Below are positions 28,540-37,832 of a stretch of DNA of 56,174 nt, piece by piece; position 1 is the stretch's first letter; every line of letters starts with the position of its first letter. The DNA lies in the NCBI GenBank assembly GCA_964385505.1, contig CAYLPI010000006.1, positions 1-56,174 of the forward strand, given 5' to 3'. The notes under the pieces were generated by a model, which saw nothing but the letters and a program-made list of their open reading frames with translations, was not told where the DNA came from and ran no database searches. The stretch comes from an uncultured Bordetella sp. Its GTDB lineage: Bacteria > Pseudomonadota > Gammaproteobacteria > Burkholderiales > SG8-39. The position numbers were made by a program, and so were the translations under genes.

Positions 28540-29949
28540 ATGAAACCGGTCTGGGTCGTTGATGACGACAAGTCCATCCGCTGGGTATTTGAGAAGGCGC
28601 TCACCCGGGAGGGCATTCCTTACAAGACTTTTGCGCTGGCGCAGGATGCGATCGACGCACTGGCGACAGGCGCGCCGCAGGTGCTGGTATCCGACATCCG
28701 CATGCCCGGTACCTCGGGTCTTGAACTGCTGCAGAACATCAAGCAGCGCCACCCGACGCTGCCGGTGATCATCATGACCGCCTATTCCGATCTCGAGTCG
28801 GCGGTGGCGGCGTTCCAGGGCGGCGCATTTGAATACCTGCCCAAGCCTTTTGACGTCGACCAGGCAGTTGAGCTGATCCGGCGCGCGCTTGACGAATCAA
28901 TGCGCGAGGACGAGGTGGCCGACGTGGCGCAGACTTCGCCGGAAATTCTCGGCCAGGCGCCGTCGATGCAGGAAGTGTTTCGCGCCATCGGCCGCTTGTC
29001 GCAGTCGAACGCCACGGTGCTGATTACCGGCGAATCGGGTTCGGGCAAGGAACTGGTGGCGCACGCACTGCACCGCCATAGTTCACGCGCATCCAAGCCG
29101 TTTGTCGCCATCAACACTGCGGCCATGCCCAAGGATTTGCTCGAATCGGAGCTGTTCGGCCATGAGCGCGGCGCCTTCACCGGGGCGCAGGCAATGCGCC
29201 GCGGCCGCTTTGAGCAGGCCGAGGCCGGCACGCTGTTCCTCGATGAAATCGGCGACATGCCGCCGGATTTGCAGACGCGCCTGTTGCGGGTGCTGTCCGA
29301 CGGCAATTTTTACCGCGTCGGCGGCCACCAGCCGATCAAGTCGAATGTGCGCGTGATTGCCGCGACCCACCAGAACCTCGAGGCGCGGGTCAAGGACGGG
29401 CAGTTCCGTGAAGACCTCTATCACCGTCTTAACGTGATCCGCCTGCGCCTGCCGTCGCTGCGCGAACGGCGCGAGGACATTCCGCTGCTGGCGCGCCACT
29501 TTTTGGCCAAAAGCGCGAAAGACCTTGGTATGGAACCGAAGCGGCTGACCGAGGCGGCGATGAATTATCTTGGCGGCCACGATTTTCCGGGCAATGTGCG
29601 CCAGCTCGAGAACGTCTGCCACTGGCTGACGGTGATGGCACCGGGCCAGTCGATAGAAATCAGCGACCTGCCGCAGGAGCTGCGCGAGGAGTCCTCGCGC
29701 GTACCCGGCTCGGACTGGATAGGCGCGCTGTCGCGCGAGGCGGAAAAGGCGCTGGCGCGGGGCGAGTCGGGCATCATGGATTCGCTCTCGCGCGAATTCG
29801 AGAAGGTGCTGATCGCCAAGGCCCTCGCGCATACCGGAGGACGCCGCATCGAAGCGGCAAACCTGCTCGGCATCGGGCGTAACACCATCACGCGCAAGAT
29901 CCAGGAACTCGGGCTCGACGACAAGGGCGATCCGGCCGAGGCGGCCTGA
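28540..29949 (+). CDS. ntrC: Nitrogen regulation response regulator NtrC (sigma-54 activator)
   Basis: From the ATG at 28540: MKPVWVVDDDKSIRWVF…DIRMPG. AAA+ GESGSGKE, ESELFGHERGAFTGA, Fis-type HTH at the C-terminus. Confidence 0.95.
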   Translation: MKPVWVVDDDKSIRWVFEKALTREGIPYKTFALAQDAIDALATGAPQVLVSDIRMPGTSGLELLQNIKQRHPTLPVIIMTAYSDLESAVAAFQGGAFEYLPKPFDVDQAVELIRRALDESMREDEVADVAQTSPEILGQAPSMQEVFRAIGRLSQSNATVLITGESGSGKELVAHALHRHSSRASKPFVAINTAAMPKDLLESELFGHERGAFTGAQAMRRGRFEQAEAGTLFLDEIGDMPPDLQTRLLRVLSDGNFYRVGGHQPIKSNVRVIAATHQNLEARVKDGQFREDLYHRLNVIRLRLPSLRERREDIPLLARHFLAKSAKDLGMEPKRLTEAAMNYLGGHDFPGNVRQLENVCHWLTVMAPGQSIEISDLPQELREESSRVPGSDWIGALSREAEKALARGESGIMDSLSREFEKVLIAKALAHTGGRRIEAANLLGIGRNTITRKIQELGLDDKGDPAEAA

Positions 29950-29990
29950 ACGCGACGCCTCAGGCACGCACCCCTGATGCGTCGCCTGCG

Positions 29991-31073
29991 TCATCCCTCT
30001 TGCGGTTGGGGCGGCTGGCGGTTGGAAGCGAGTTTTGCGTCAACCAGTTTGACGACCTCGTCGATTTCGGCCAGGCGCCGGCCTTTTTGCGACGCGATGA
30101 TCTGCACCAGGCGATCCACGCGCTCGATGTTTTTCGCGCCACCGAACAGCGCGCGCGCCGCCGACGAGGGGCTGGCCAGACCGAGCGCCGCGCTGGCGTA
30201 TTTCTCGAACGGCACCAGATCTTTTTCGGTCGCACCGAGCGACATGCACAGCTTGGCCACCCAGGTGTAAACCGCGCGCGAGGCTTCGATGTCCGAGTGC
30301 ACCGCCTCCTTGATCGGCCGCATGCCGTCTTTGGTGATGCAACGGTAGTTGCCGGCCATCAGCATGCTCCACTTGGCGAGCGGCACGAATACCGAATCGT
30401 GCACCTTGAGCTTGACCGGCAATTCGATCGGGCCGTCCGGCGTGTCGAAACGCACGGCATCGATGTCAGCCTCCAGTTGGCGCAGGATCGCGGTGTGCGC
30501 GTCCGAGTCGAATCGGGCGGCCTTGAAGTTGGTCGGCAGGCGCACCTGCAGGACGTTGACCTTTTCTTCCGGCGGGCGAAAGGCCTGCGGGTCCGGACTG
30601 CACAGCGTCAGCGTTGCCGGATCAAAACTGTCCCAGACCGCCGGATCAGTGTAGGCGGCGCGGCATGCCTGTGCGTCGACGCCCGGGATGCGCGCGATAT
30701 ACGGCAGCGGCGGCATGTTCATGATGGACATGCAGGGCACTTTTGACCTGGCCACGGCATCGAGCAGTTCGCGCACGCCGGGCGCGCCGTACTGCGGCTC
30801 CTGCATCGCCAATGCGACGAGGTCAAAATCCGCCGGATTGACCGCACCCGGGGCTTCAGCCGAAAGCTTTCCCGGCAGTTTGCGCGAATCGATTTCCACC
30901 AGACCTTCGCGGCCCTTGACCGGCATGCGCACGATGGCGCCCCCGCTGTTGAAGATTGCGGCCTCGGCCGCGAGACAAATCATTTTTACGCTGTGTCCGG
31001 CGAGCAGCAGCTTGGTTGCCAGCAACGAGCCATAGGAAGCGCCGAGGATCAGAACCCTGTATTTCGTGCCCAT
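29991..31073 (-). CDS. Hypothetical NAD(P)-binding Rossmann-fold protein (ApbA/PanE-like N-terminus)
   Basis: From the ATG at 31071-31073 with an aaggagg RBS: MGTKYRVLILGASYGSLLATKLLLAGHSV… Function unknown. Confidence 0.55.
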   Translation of the reverse strand: MGTKYRVLILGASYGSLLATKLLLAGHSVKMICLAAEAAIFNSGGAIVRMPVKGREGLVEIDSRKLPGKLSAEAPGAVNPADFDLVALAMQEPQYGAPGVRELLDAVARSKVPCMSIMNMPPLPYIARIPGVDAQACRAAYTDPAVWDSFDPATLTLCSPDPQAFRPPEEKVNVLQVRLPTNFKAARFDSDAHTAILRQLEADIDAVRFDTPDGPIELPVKLKVHDSVFVPLAKWSMLMAGNYRCITKDGMRPIKEAVHSDIEASRAVYTWVAKLCMSLGATEKDLVPFEKYASAALGLASPSSAARALFGGAKNIERVDRLVQIIASQKGRRLAEIDEVVKLVDAKLASNRQPPQPQEG

Positions 31074-31207
31074 GTGAATCCTCCTTGGTACGGTCCCGCT
31101 TCCGGCGTGCTGTTGCGCCTGTGATTCAAGGCGAATGCACTTTGTGCCGGTAAGGATGCGGTGACTGGACCGCCAGATTAGCACAGTATTTTGCAGATCA
31201 GGACGCC

Positions 31208-31274
31208 ATTTCATAATGCGGAATGTGTTTGATTGATATTTCATAATGCGAAATAAAATTCGTATTGCGGGATC
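31208..31274. promoter_or_regulatory. Three copies of a 17-bp motif in the AT-rich divergent promoter region upstream of aceB
   Basis: atttcataatgcggaat (31208-31224), atttcataatgcgaaat (31238-31254), aattcgtattgcgggat (31258-31274, 13/17 match). The outer bases form ATTTC-N7-GAAAT dyad symmetry. Confidence 0.5.
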
Positions 31275-31398
31275 ACGGTATTCTAATTAAAATGCTGTGG
31301 CGCACAATAAATCGCGAGCCTGACGGCGACCCTGATGCACAAGCGATAGCGTCAAAGACGAAATTAATCATTCAACTATCTGGCGAGCGAGAACGCAC

Positions 31399-32994
31399 AT
31401 GAGCGAAAAATTTCCCGGTGGCATTGAAGTTCACGGCAGCCTCCCCCAGGCTTACCGGCAGATAATCAGTGCCGACGCCTTGGCTTTTTTTGGCACGCTG
31501 CACCGCGCGTTCGAGCCGCGGCGTGAGGAATTACTGGCGCTGCGCGCGGTCCGCCAGAAGGCCTTCGATGCCGGTGCACTGCCGGACTTTCTGCCTGAAA
31601 CCAAGGCCATCCGCGACGCCGAGTGGAGCATCGCAGCGCAACCGGCGGACATGCTCGACCGCCGCGTCGAGATCACCGGCCCGACCGATCGCAAGATGGT
31701 CATCAATGCGCTCAATTGCGGCGCCTCGACCTTCATGGCGGATTTCGAAGATGCCAATTGTCCGACCTGGGACAACATGATCGACGGCCAGCTCAATATC
31801 CGCGATGCGGTGCGCCGCTCCATCACGCTCGAACAAAACGGCAAGCACTACAAGCTCAATGACAAGACCGCAGTGCTGATTCCGCGTCCGCGCGGCTGGC
31901 ACCTGGACGAAAAGCATGTGACCGTCGATGGCAAGATCGTGTCCGGCGGCATTTTTGATTTCGCGCTGCTGTTTTTTCATAACGCGAGAGAACTGCTGGC
32001 GCGCGGATCGGGGCCCTACTACTACCTGCCCAAAATGGAATCACACCTTGAAGCGCGTCTGTGGAACGACATTTTCAAGGCGGCGCAGGCCGAACTCGGT
32101 GTTCCGCAGGGTTCGATCAGGGCGACCGTACTGATCGAAACCGTCGTCGCCGCATTCGAGATGGACGAAATACTGTGGGAGCTCAGGAGTCATTCGGCCG
32201 GCCTCAACATCGGCCGTTGGGACTACATTTTTTCCTGTATCAAGAAATTCCGCTCTAACAAGGATTTCTGCCTTGCCGACCGTTCGCAAGTGACGATGAC
32301 CTCGCCGTTCATGCGCGCCTACGCGCTGACCCTGGTGAAGACCTGCCATCGCAGGGGCGCGCCCGCAATGGGCGGAATGGCGGCGCAGATCCCGATCAAG
32401 AACGATGCCGTCGCGAACGAGGCCGCGCTGGAGAAGGTGCGTCAGGACAAGTTGCGCGAAGTCACCGATGGTTGTGACGGCACCTGGGTGGCGCACCCGG
32501 GTCTGGTGCCCATCGCAAAAGAAGTATTTGACCGGCACATGCCCGGTCCCAACCAGTATGCAAAGCAGCGCCCGGATGTGAATTTCAGCGCGAAGGACCT
32601 GCTCGATTTCAGGCCGGAGGCGCCGATTACCGAGGCCGGCCTGCGGAACAATATTTCCGTCGGTATCCAGTACCTCGGTGCCTGGCTTGCCGGTAACGGC
32701 TGCGTTCCCGTGTTCAACCTGATGGAGGACGCGGCGACGGCGGAGATTTCACGCTCGCAGATATGGCAGTGGATACGCAGTGAAAAAGGTCTGCTCGATG
32801 ACGGCCGCAAAGTCACTGCGGCGATGTTTCGCCAGTTGGTGGCCGAGGAGTTGCCCAAGGTCAAAGCCTATCTCGGCGACGCGGCGTACAACGCCGGCAA
32901 GTACGCCGAAGGTGCCGCCTTGTTCGAGAAAATCACCACCGATGATATTTACGTCGAGTTTCTGACCCTGCCTGCCTACGACGCTATCGCCTGA
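31399..32994 (+). CDS. aceB: Malate synthase A
   Basis: 531 aa. …VEITGPTDRKMVINALNCGASTFMADFEDANCPTWDN…, YYYLPKMESHLEARLWNDIF. Confidence 0.95.
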   Translation: MSEKFPGGIEVHGSLPQAYRQIISADALAFFGTLHRAFEPRREELLALRAVRQKAFDAGALPDFLPETKAIRDAEWSIAAQPADMLDRRVEITGPTDRKMVINALNCGASTFMADFEDANCPTWDNMIDGQLNIRDAVRRSITLEQNGKHYKLNDKTAVLIPRPRGWHLDEKHVTVDGKIVSGGIFDFALLFFHNARELLARGSGPYYYLPKMESHLEARLWNDIFKAAQAELGVPQGSIRATVLIETVVAAFEMDEILWELRSHSAGLNIGRWDYIFSCIKKFRSNKDFCLADRSQVTMTSPFMRAYALTLVKTCHRRGAPAMGGMAAQIPIKNDAVANEAALEKVRQDKLREVTDGCDGTWVAHPGLVPIAKEVFDRHMPGPNQYAKQRPDVNFSAKDLLDFRPEAPITEAGLRNNISVGIQYLGAWLAGNGCVPVFNLMEDAATAEISRSQIWQWIRSEKGLLDDGRKVTAAMFRQLVAEELPKVKAYLGDAAYNAGKYAEGAALFEKITTDDIYVEFLTLPAYDAIA

Positions 32995-33021
32995 GCGCAA
33001 GCCCTGTCAGGCGGGGCCATA

Positions 33022-33056
33022 GGCTGGAAAGCCCCGCCTGGTGCGGATCTCCAGCC
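33022..33056 (+). repeat. REP-like hairpin element, copy D
   Basis: GGCTGGAAAGCCCCGCCTGGTGCGGATCTCCAGCC between the convergent aceB and xthA genes. Confidence 0.7.
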
Positions 33057-33071
33057 GATCCACCCATTCGT

Positions 33072-33836
33072 TCAGTTCAGCTCGCACCACACCGGCGCAT
33101 GGTCTGACGGGCGCTCGAGTTTTCTTGGCTCGAGGTCGACAGTGCAGCTCACGCAGCGCGCCGCCAGTTCCGGCGACAGCAAAATGTGGTCGATGCGCAT
33201 GCCGGAATTGCGTTTGAAACCGTTCATGCGGTAGTCCCACCAAGTGAAGGATTTCTCCGGCTGATCAAACATCCGGAAACTGTCGGCAAGTCCGATATCG
33301 ACCAGAGCACGGAAGGCTGTGCGCTCAGGCTCGCTCACGAGCACCTGCCCTTCCCAGGCCTTGGGATCGTGCACGTCGCGGTCTTCGGGGGCGATGTTGT
33401 AGTCGCCAAGGACGGCGAGCCGCGAACTGCGTACCGCCTCCTCAGCCACCCACTGCCGGAAGGCTTGCAGCCACGCCAGCTTGTACTGGTATTTTTCAGA
33501 ACCCACCGATTGGCCGTTGGGCACATAGGCGCAGACCAGGCGCACACCGGATATGGTCGCGACGATGACGCGCTTTTGCTCGTCGCTGTGGCCCGGAATA
33601 TTGTGAACGACGCCAGTGGCGGGTGTACGCGACAGGATTGCGACGCCGTTGTAGGTTTTCTGACCGAGGAAGGCGGAGTGATAGCCTGCCGCCATTATCG
33701 CGTCGCGCGGGAATCTGGCGTCTTCCATCTTCAGCTCCTGCAAGCACAGGGCGTCGGGCTGGTGCAGACGAAGCCAATCGAGAACATGCGGCAGACGCAC
33801 GTTGAGCGAATTGACATTCCAGGTGGCAAGCTTCAT
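33072..33836 (-). CDS. xthA: Exodeoxyribonuclease III
   Basis: [36 protein letters not shown]…[10 protein letters not shown]. Confidence 0.9.
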   Translation of the reverse strand: MKLATWNVNSLNVRLPHVLDWLRLHQPDALCLQELKMEDARFPRDAIMAAGYHSAFLGQKTYNGVAILSRTPATGVVHNIPGHSDEQKRVIVATISGVRLVCAYVPNGQSVGSEKYQYKLAWLQAFRQWVAEEAVRSSRLAVLGDYNIAPEDRDVHDPKAWEGQVLVSEPERTAFRALVDIGLADSFRMFDQPEKSFTWWDYRMNGFKRNSGMRIDHILLSPELAARCVSCTVDLEPRKLERPSDHAPVWCELN

Positions 33837-34001
33837 GCAGGGTGACCGGGGAACTCGCAAGTTGCGGAGTTTGAGGCAGCGTTGGTGGCGATGCAAGACT
33901 GTTGCGAGACCAGCGCGCGCGGCCTATGGTGGTTCGCGCCGGTCGCCGATGCTACCGGACTCGTTGCCTGCGGCGCAGACCCGTCCCGGCGATGCGCAGC
34001 C

Positions 34002-34604
34002 TTATTGCGCAGTCGGGACGCTCGCCGCCGGCACTGTTGCGGCGGCCGGAGCGGGAGCGGCATCGGGCGCCGCGGGTTTTGGCGGCTCTGGCGCTTTTGC
34101 CGCGGCAGGCGGCGCCATGGCTCTTGCCACGCCGGGAAGATTGATGGCGGTTTTCGGGTAGCCGGCGCTGTCGATCAGGCCGTTGAAGGATTTCACCTCG
34201 AAGCCGATTTGTACCTGGCTGCCCACAGCAATAGTGGGAACCTGGTTGGCTCCCGATACTTTTTTCAGCAATGCATTGCTGTCCTCGTCTGCAACACTGA
34301 CTTCGCGAAACGGCACGCCACGCTTGGCCAGCATGTCGCGCGCCTGCGAACAGCCATCCTTGCAGGTTGGGGAGGTGTATAGCGTAACGGGATAGGAACG
34401 AATCGCCTCTTGCAACTGGTACGGCACCTGGCTGGTTTCGATGACGCTGCCGCCCAGCTTTTTCTGTTGCACGCTTTTTGCGGCCGCAGGGAGGGGCGGG
34501 GTGTCTGTGTAGTGCGTCTTGCCGTTTTGATCGACCCACCGGTACATTTGGGCAGAGGCGCACGAAGACGCGATCGCAAGGAACAAAAATAGCGGCGTTT
34601 TCAT
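34002..34604 (-). CDS. Secreted DUF4124 + glutaredoxin-like domain protein with Ala/Pro-rich tail
   Basis: Signal peptide, MYRWVDQNGKTHYTDTPP (DUF4124), VTLYTSPTCKDGCSQARDMLAKRGVPFREV (Grx-like fold), tail APPAAAKAPEPPKPAAPDAAPAPAAA. Confidence 0.7.
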   Translation of the reverse strand: MKTPLFLFLAIASSCASAQMYRWVDQNGKTHYTDTPPLPAAAKSVQQKKLGGSVIETSQVPYQLQEAIRSYPVTLYTSPTCKDGCSQARDMLAKRGVPFREVSVADEDSNALLKKVSGANQVPTIAVGSQVQIGFEVKSFNGLIDSAGYPKTAINLPGVARAMAPPAAAKAPEPPKPAAPDAAPAPAAATVPAASVPTAQ

Positions 34605-34622
34605 CGTTTTCTCGGGGGCAAG

Positions 34623-36659
34623 CTACGCCGAAATCATACCACTATGCCGCATCAACGCATCGACGCGGGGCTCGCGACCGCGGAATGCCTTGAAAGACTC
34701 CAGTGCTGACCTGCTGCCCCCAACGGCAAGAATCTCATTCCGGAATCTCGCGCCGGTGACCGGATCAAGAACACCGTTTTCCTCAAAGGCGCTGTAGGCG
34801 TCAGCGGACAACACTTCTGCCCATTTGTAGCTGTAGTAGCCGGCGCTGTAGCCGCCTGAAAAGATGTGCGAGAAATTATTTGGGAAACGGTTCCATGCAG
34901 GCGGTATGGAAACAGCGATATTTTTCCGTATTCCATCCAGCAACTGTTGTGCGGTTGATGACCCGTTAGGGTCGAAATCCGAATGCAGTTGCATGTCAAA
35001 CAGCGAGAACTCAACCTGTCGGAGCATCTGCATGCCGCTCTGGAAGTTTTTCGCCGCGACCATCTTGTCAAACAGGGCGCGGGGAATAGCCGCCCCGCTT
35101 TCCGCGTGGGTTGTCATGTGGCTGAGTACGTCCCATTCCCAGCAGAAATTTTCCATGAATTGGCTTGGCAGTTCGACCGCGTCCCATTCCACGCCGCGAA
35201 TGCCTGAAACCCCAAGGTAATCGACACGCGTGAGCATGTGGTGCAGGCCATGCCCGAACTCGTGAAAAAGCGTGATGACATCGTCGTGGGTAAACGTGGC
35301 GGATCTGCCGCCGACCGGAGACGGGAAATTGCAATTGAGGTAGGCGACCGGGGTCTGTACCTGCGTTCCGCGCAGGCGGCGCGTGATCGCCTCGTCCATC
35401 CAAGCGCCGCCGCGCTTGGTTTCGCGCGCATACAGGTCGACATAGAAGCGACCGATGACGGCGCCGGACGGTTCGCAGATGCGATAGAAACTGACCGCCG
35501 GGTCCCATGCCTCGGCTTGTTCAATGTCAATTTTGACGCCGTAAATCGTTTCCACGACCCGGAACATGCCTTGCATGACTTTGGATTCGGGGAAGTATTG
35601 CTTGACCTCCTGGTCGGAAAACGAATACCTGCTGACGCGCAGCTTTTCCGATGCATATGCTGTGTCCCACGCCTGCAGGTCTGCAATGCCAAGCTCTGAT
35701 GCGGCGAACGCGGCGAGTTCTTTCCAGTCCTTTTCCGCGAAGGGGCGCGCTTTTCGTGCGAGGTCATCAAGGAATTCGATCACCTGCGCGGGAGACTCGG
35801 CCATCTTGGGAACGAGCGACACTTCTGCATGAGTCCGGTAACCAAGCAGCCGAGCCGCCTCGTTTCGCAATTTGAGAATTTCAGCTATCAGCGGCGTATT
35901 GTCCCACTCAGGCTTTCCGAACTCGCTGGCGCGGGTAACGTGCGCGCGATAAATTGCCTCGCGCAGCTTGCGGTCGTCCGCATATTGCATGACCGGCATG
36001 TAGGACGGGGCGTGCAGGGTAAATCGCCAGCCCGACTCGCCGGCTTTTTCGGCCGCCTCGGCGGCCGCCTGGAGGTTTTCATCCGGGATACCGGCGACCT
36101 CACCGGCGTCTTTCAGGGTTAAAGAAAAGGCATTGGTAGCGTCGAGAACATTTTCGGAAAACTTCGTAGACAGGCGCGCCAATTCCGCCATGATGACCGC
36201 ATAACGCAGTTTCTTTTCATCTGAAAGCTCGGCGCCAGACAGCCGGAAGTCGCGGATTTCATTTTCGACAATCTTTTTTTGCTGGCGAGACAAGCCGGTG
36301 AATGAAGGCGATGCCCGCAGCTCTTTGTATTTATCGAACAGGGCAAGGTTCTGGCCCAGTTCGGTCCAGTATTGGACGATCGCCGGCTGGTTGGCGTTAT
36401 AGGCCTCGCGCAGATCGGGCGAGTCGAGTACGCCATGCAGGTGGCCAACCACGCCCCAAGCGCGCCCCAGGCGCTCGTTGGCATCATCCAGCGGTGCGAT
36501 GAATTCCTCCCACGTCGCCGGAACCGAAGGCGCGGCGAGGAGGGCGATAAGTGCACGATTCTCCACAAGCAGTGCCTCAATGGCCGGAGAAATGTGCGCC
36601 GGGAGAATGGACGCAAATCGCGGCAGGCCGCTGAAGTCGAGTAGCGGGTTGGAGCTCAT
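34623..36659 (-). CDS. prlC: Oligopeptidase A (M3 metallopeptidase)
   Basis: 678 aa with the HEFGHGLHH zinc motif. Confidence 0.9.
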   Translation of the reverse strand: MSSNPLLDFSGLPRFASILPAHISPAIEALLVENRALIALLAAPSVPATWEEFIAPLDDANERLGRAWGVVGHLHGVLDSPDLREAYNANQPAIVQYWTELGQNLALFDKYKELRASPSFTGLSRQQKKIVENEIRDFRLSGAELSDEKKLRYAVIMAELARLSTKFSENVLDATNAFSLTLKDAGEVAGIPDENLQAAAEAAEKAGESGWRFTLHAPSYMPVMQYADDRKLREAIYRAHVTRASEFGKPEWDNTPLIAEILKLRNEAARLLGYRTHAEVSLVPKMAESPAQVIEFLDDLARKARPFAEKDWKELAAFAASELGIADLQAWDTAYASEKLRVSRYSFSDQEVKQYFPESKVMQGMFRVVETIYGVKIDIEQAEAWDPAVSFYRICEPSGAVIGRFYVDLYARETKRGGAWMDEAITRRLRGTQVQTPVAYLNCNFPSPVGGRSATFTHDDVITLFHEFGHGLHHMLTRVDYLGVSGIRGVEWDAVELPSQFMENFCWEWDVLSHMTTHAESGAAIPRALFDKMVAAKNFQSGMQMLRQVEFSLFDMQLHSDFDPNGSSTAQQLLDGIRKNIAVSIPPAWNRFPNNFSHIFSGGYSAGYYSYKWAEVLSADAYSAFEENGVLDPVTGARFRNEILAVGGSRSALESFKAFRGREPRVDALMRHSGMISA

Positions 36660-36718
36660 CTGGATCCTTGTGACAGCAAAAAAAAAGAGGCTTCGGTTGT
36701 ACTACTCGTGCCAATATC

Positions 36719-37579
36719 TCAGCCTGGCGACTGTAGCCTGGCTTCGACCGCCTGGACCGTATTGAACAGCAGCATCGTCACGGTCATTGGCCCGATTCCC
36801 CCCGGAACAGGGGTGATGGCACCGGCGATGCCCAGCATGCTCTTGAAATCGCAATCACCGGCCAGCTTGCCTTCTGCGGTCCGGTTGATGCCAATGTCGA
36901 TGACTGTCGCTCCGGGTTTGATCATGTTCCCGGTCAATACATTCAAGCGGCCTGCGGCGGTGACGACGATGTCGCCCTGGCGGGTGAATTCCGCAAGTTC
37001 CCGTGTCTGAGAGTGACATATGGTGACGGTTGCACCGGCCTGCAAGAGCAGCAGTGAAACGGGTTTGCCTACGATGTTCGAGCGTCCGATGACGACCGCG
37101 TGCTTGCCGGCTACGGGGATGCTTTCGTGCCCCAGCAATTCAATGACGCCACGAGGGGTGCAAGGCACAAACCCGCGCTGACCGAGCATCAGCGCGCCGG
37201 CGTTCTCCGGATGGAAGCCGTCAACGTCCTTGGCCGGATCAATGGCGAGCAGCGCCTCAGCCGCTGCAATGTGGGCGGGTAAGGGCAGTTGCAAGAGAAT
37301 GCCGTGAATGCGCGGGTTATGGTTGAGCGCTTTGATGTGCGCTAGCAACTCGGATTGGGAGGCGCCGGAGGGCAGTGCGATGAGTTCGGAATGGATACCC
37401 GCTTCTGCGCACGCACGAATCTTGTTGCGCACGTAGGCGGCGGAGGCCGGGTTGTCGCCAATGTGAATGACTGCCAGCCCGGGAACGAGACCCTTTCGCG
37501 TTAGTACGGCGACGCGCGGTTTCAGGCTTGCGCGCAATGTTTGCGCAATTGCAGTACCGTCGATGATTAGGGTTTGCAT
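36719..37579 (-). CDS. folD: Bifunctional methylenetetrahydrofolate dehydrogenase/cyclohydrolase
   Basis: From the ATG at 37577-37579: [15 protein letters not shown]…[14 protein letters not shown]…[12 protein letters not shown]…PGGIGPMT. Confidence 0.95.
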   Translation of the reverse strand: MQTLIIDGTAIAQTLRASLKPRVAVLTRKGLVPGLAVIHIGDNPASAAYVRNKIRACAEAGIHSELIALPSGASQSELLAHIKALNHNPRIHGILLQLPLPAHIAAAEALLAIDPAKDVDGFHPENAGALMLGQRGFVPCTPRGVIELLGHESIPVAGKHAVVIGRSNIVGKPVSLLLLQAGATVTICHSQTRELAEFTRQGDIVVTAAGRLNVLTGNMIKPGATVIDIGINRTAEGKLAGDCDFKSMLGIAGAITPVPGGIGPMTVTMLLFNTVQAVEARLQSPG

Positions 37580-37832
37580 GCCTGAATTGTCAAATAAAAC
37601 GGTAAAAGGGGAGCAAATTGTAGCAGGCTGCACAACTGCCGAAGGCCGGCCCCAGGGCTTGAACCGCCAGAGTGGAAGATTGTATGATGCGACATAAGGT
37701 TTCGCATTGCGAGAAGTCCGCCTCGCGCCCGCAATGCCTCAAGTTTGCCGCGCCCCCGGTCGCCTATTAAGCTTGTCCGGCGCCTAGTGATTCCGGTTCA
37801 TTTCCACGATTTCCGCCTGTGATGAGGAAATA

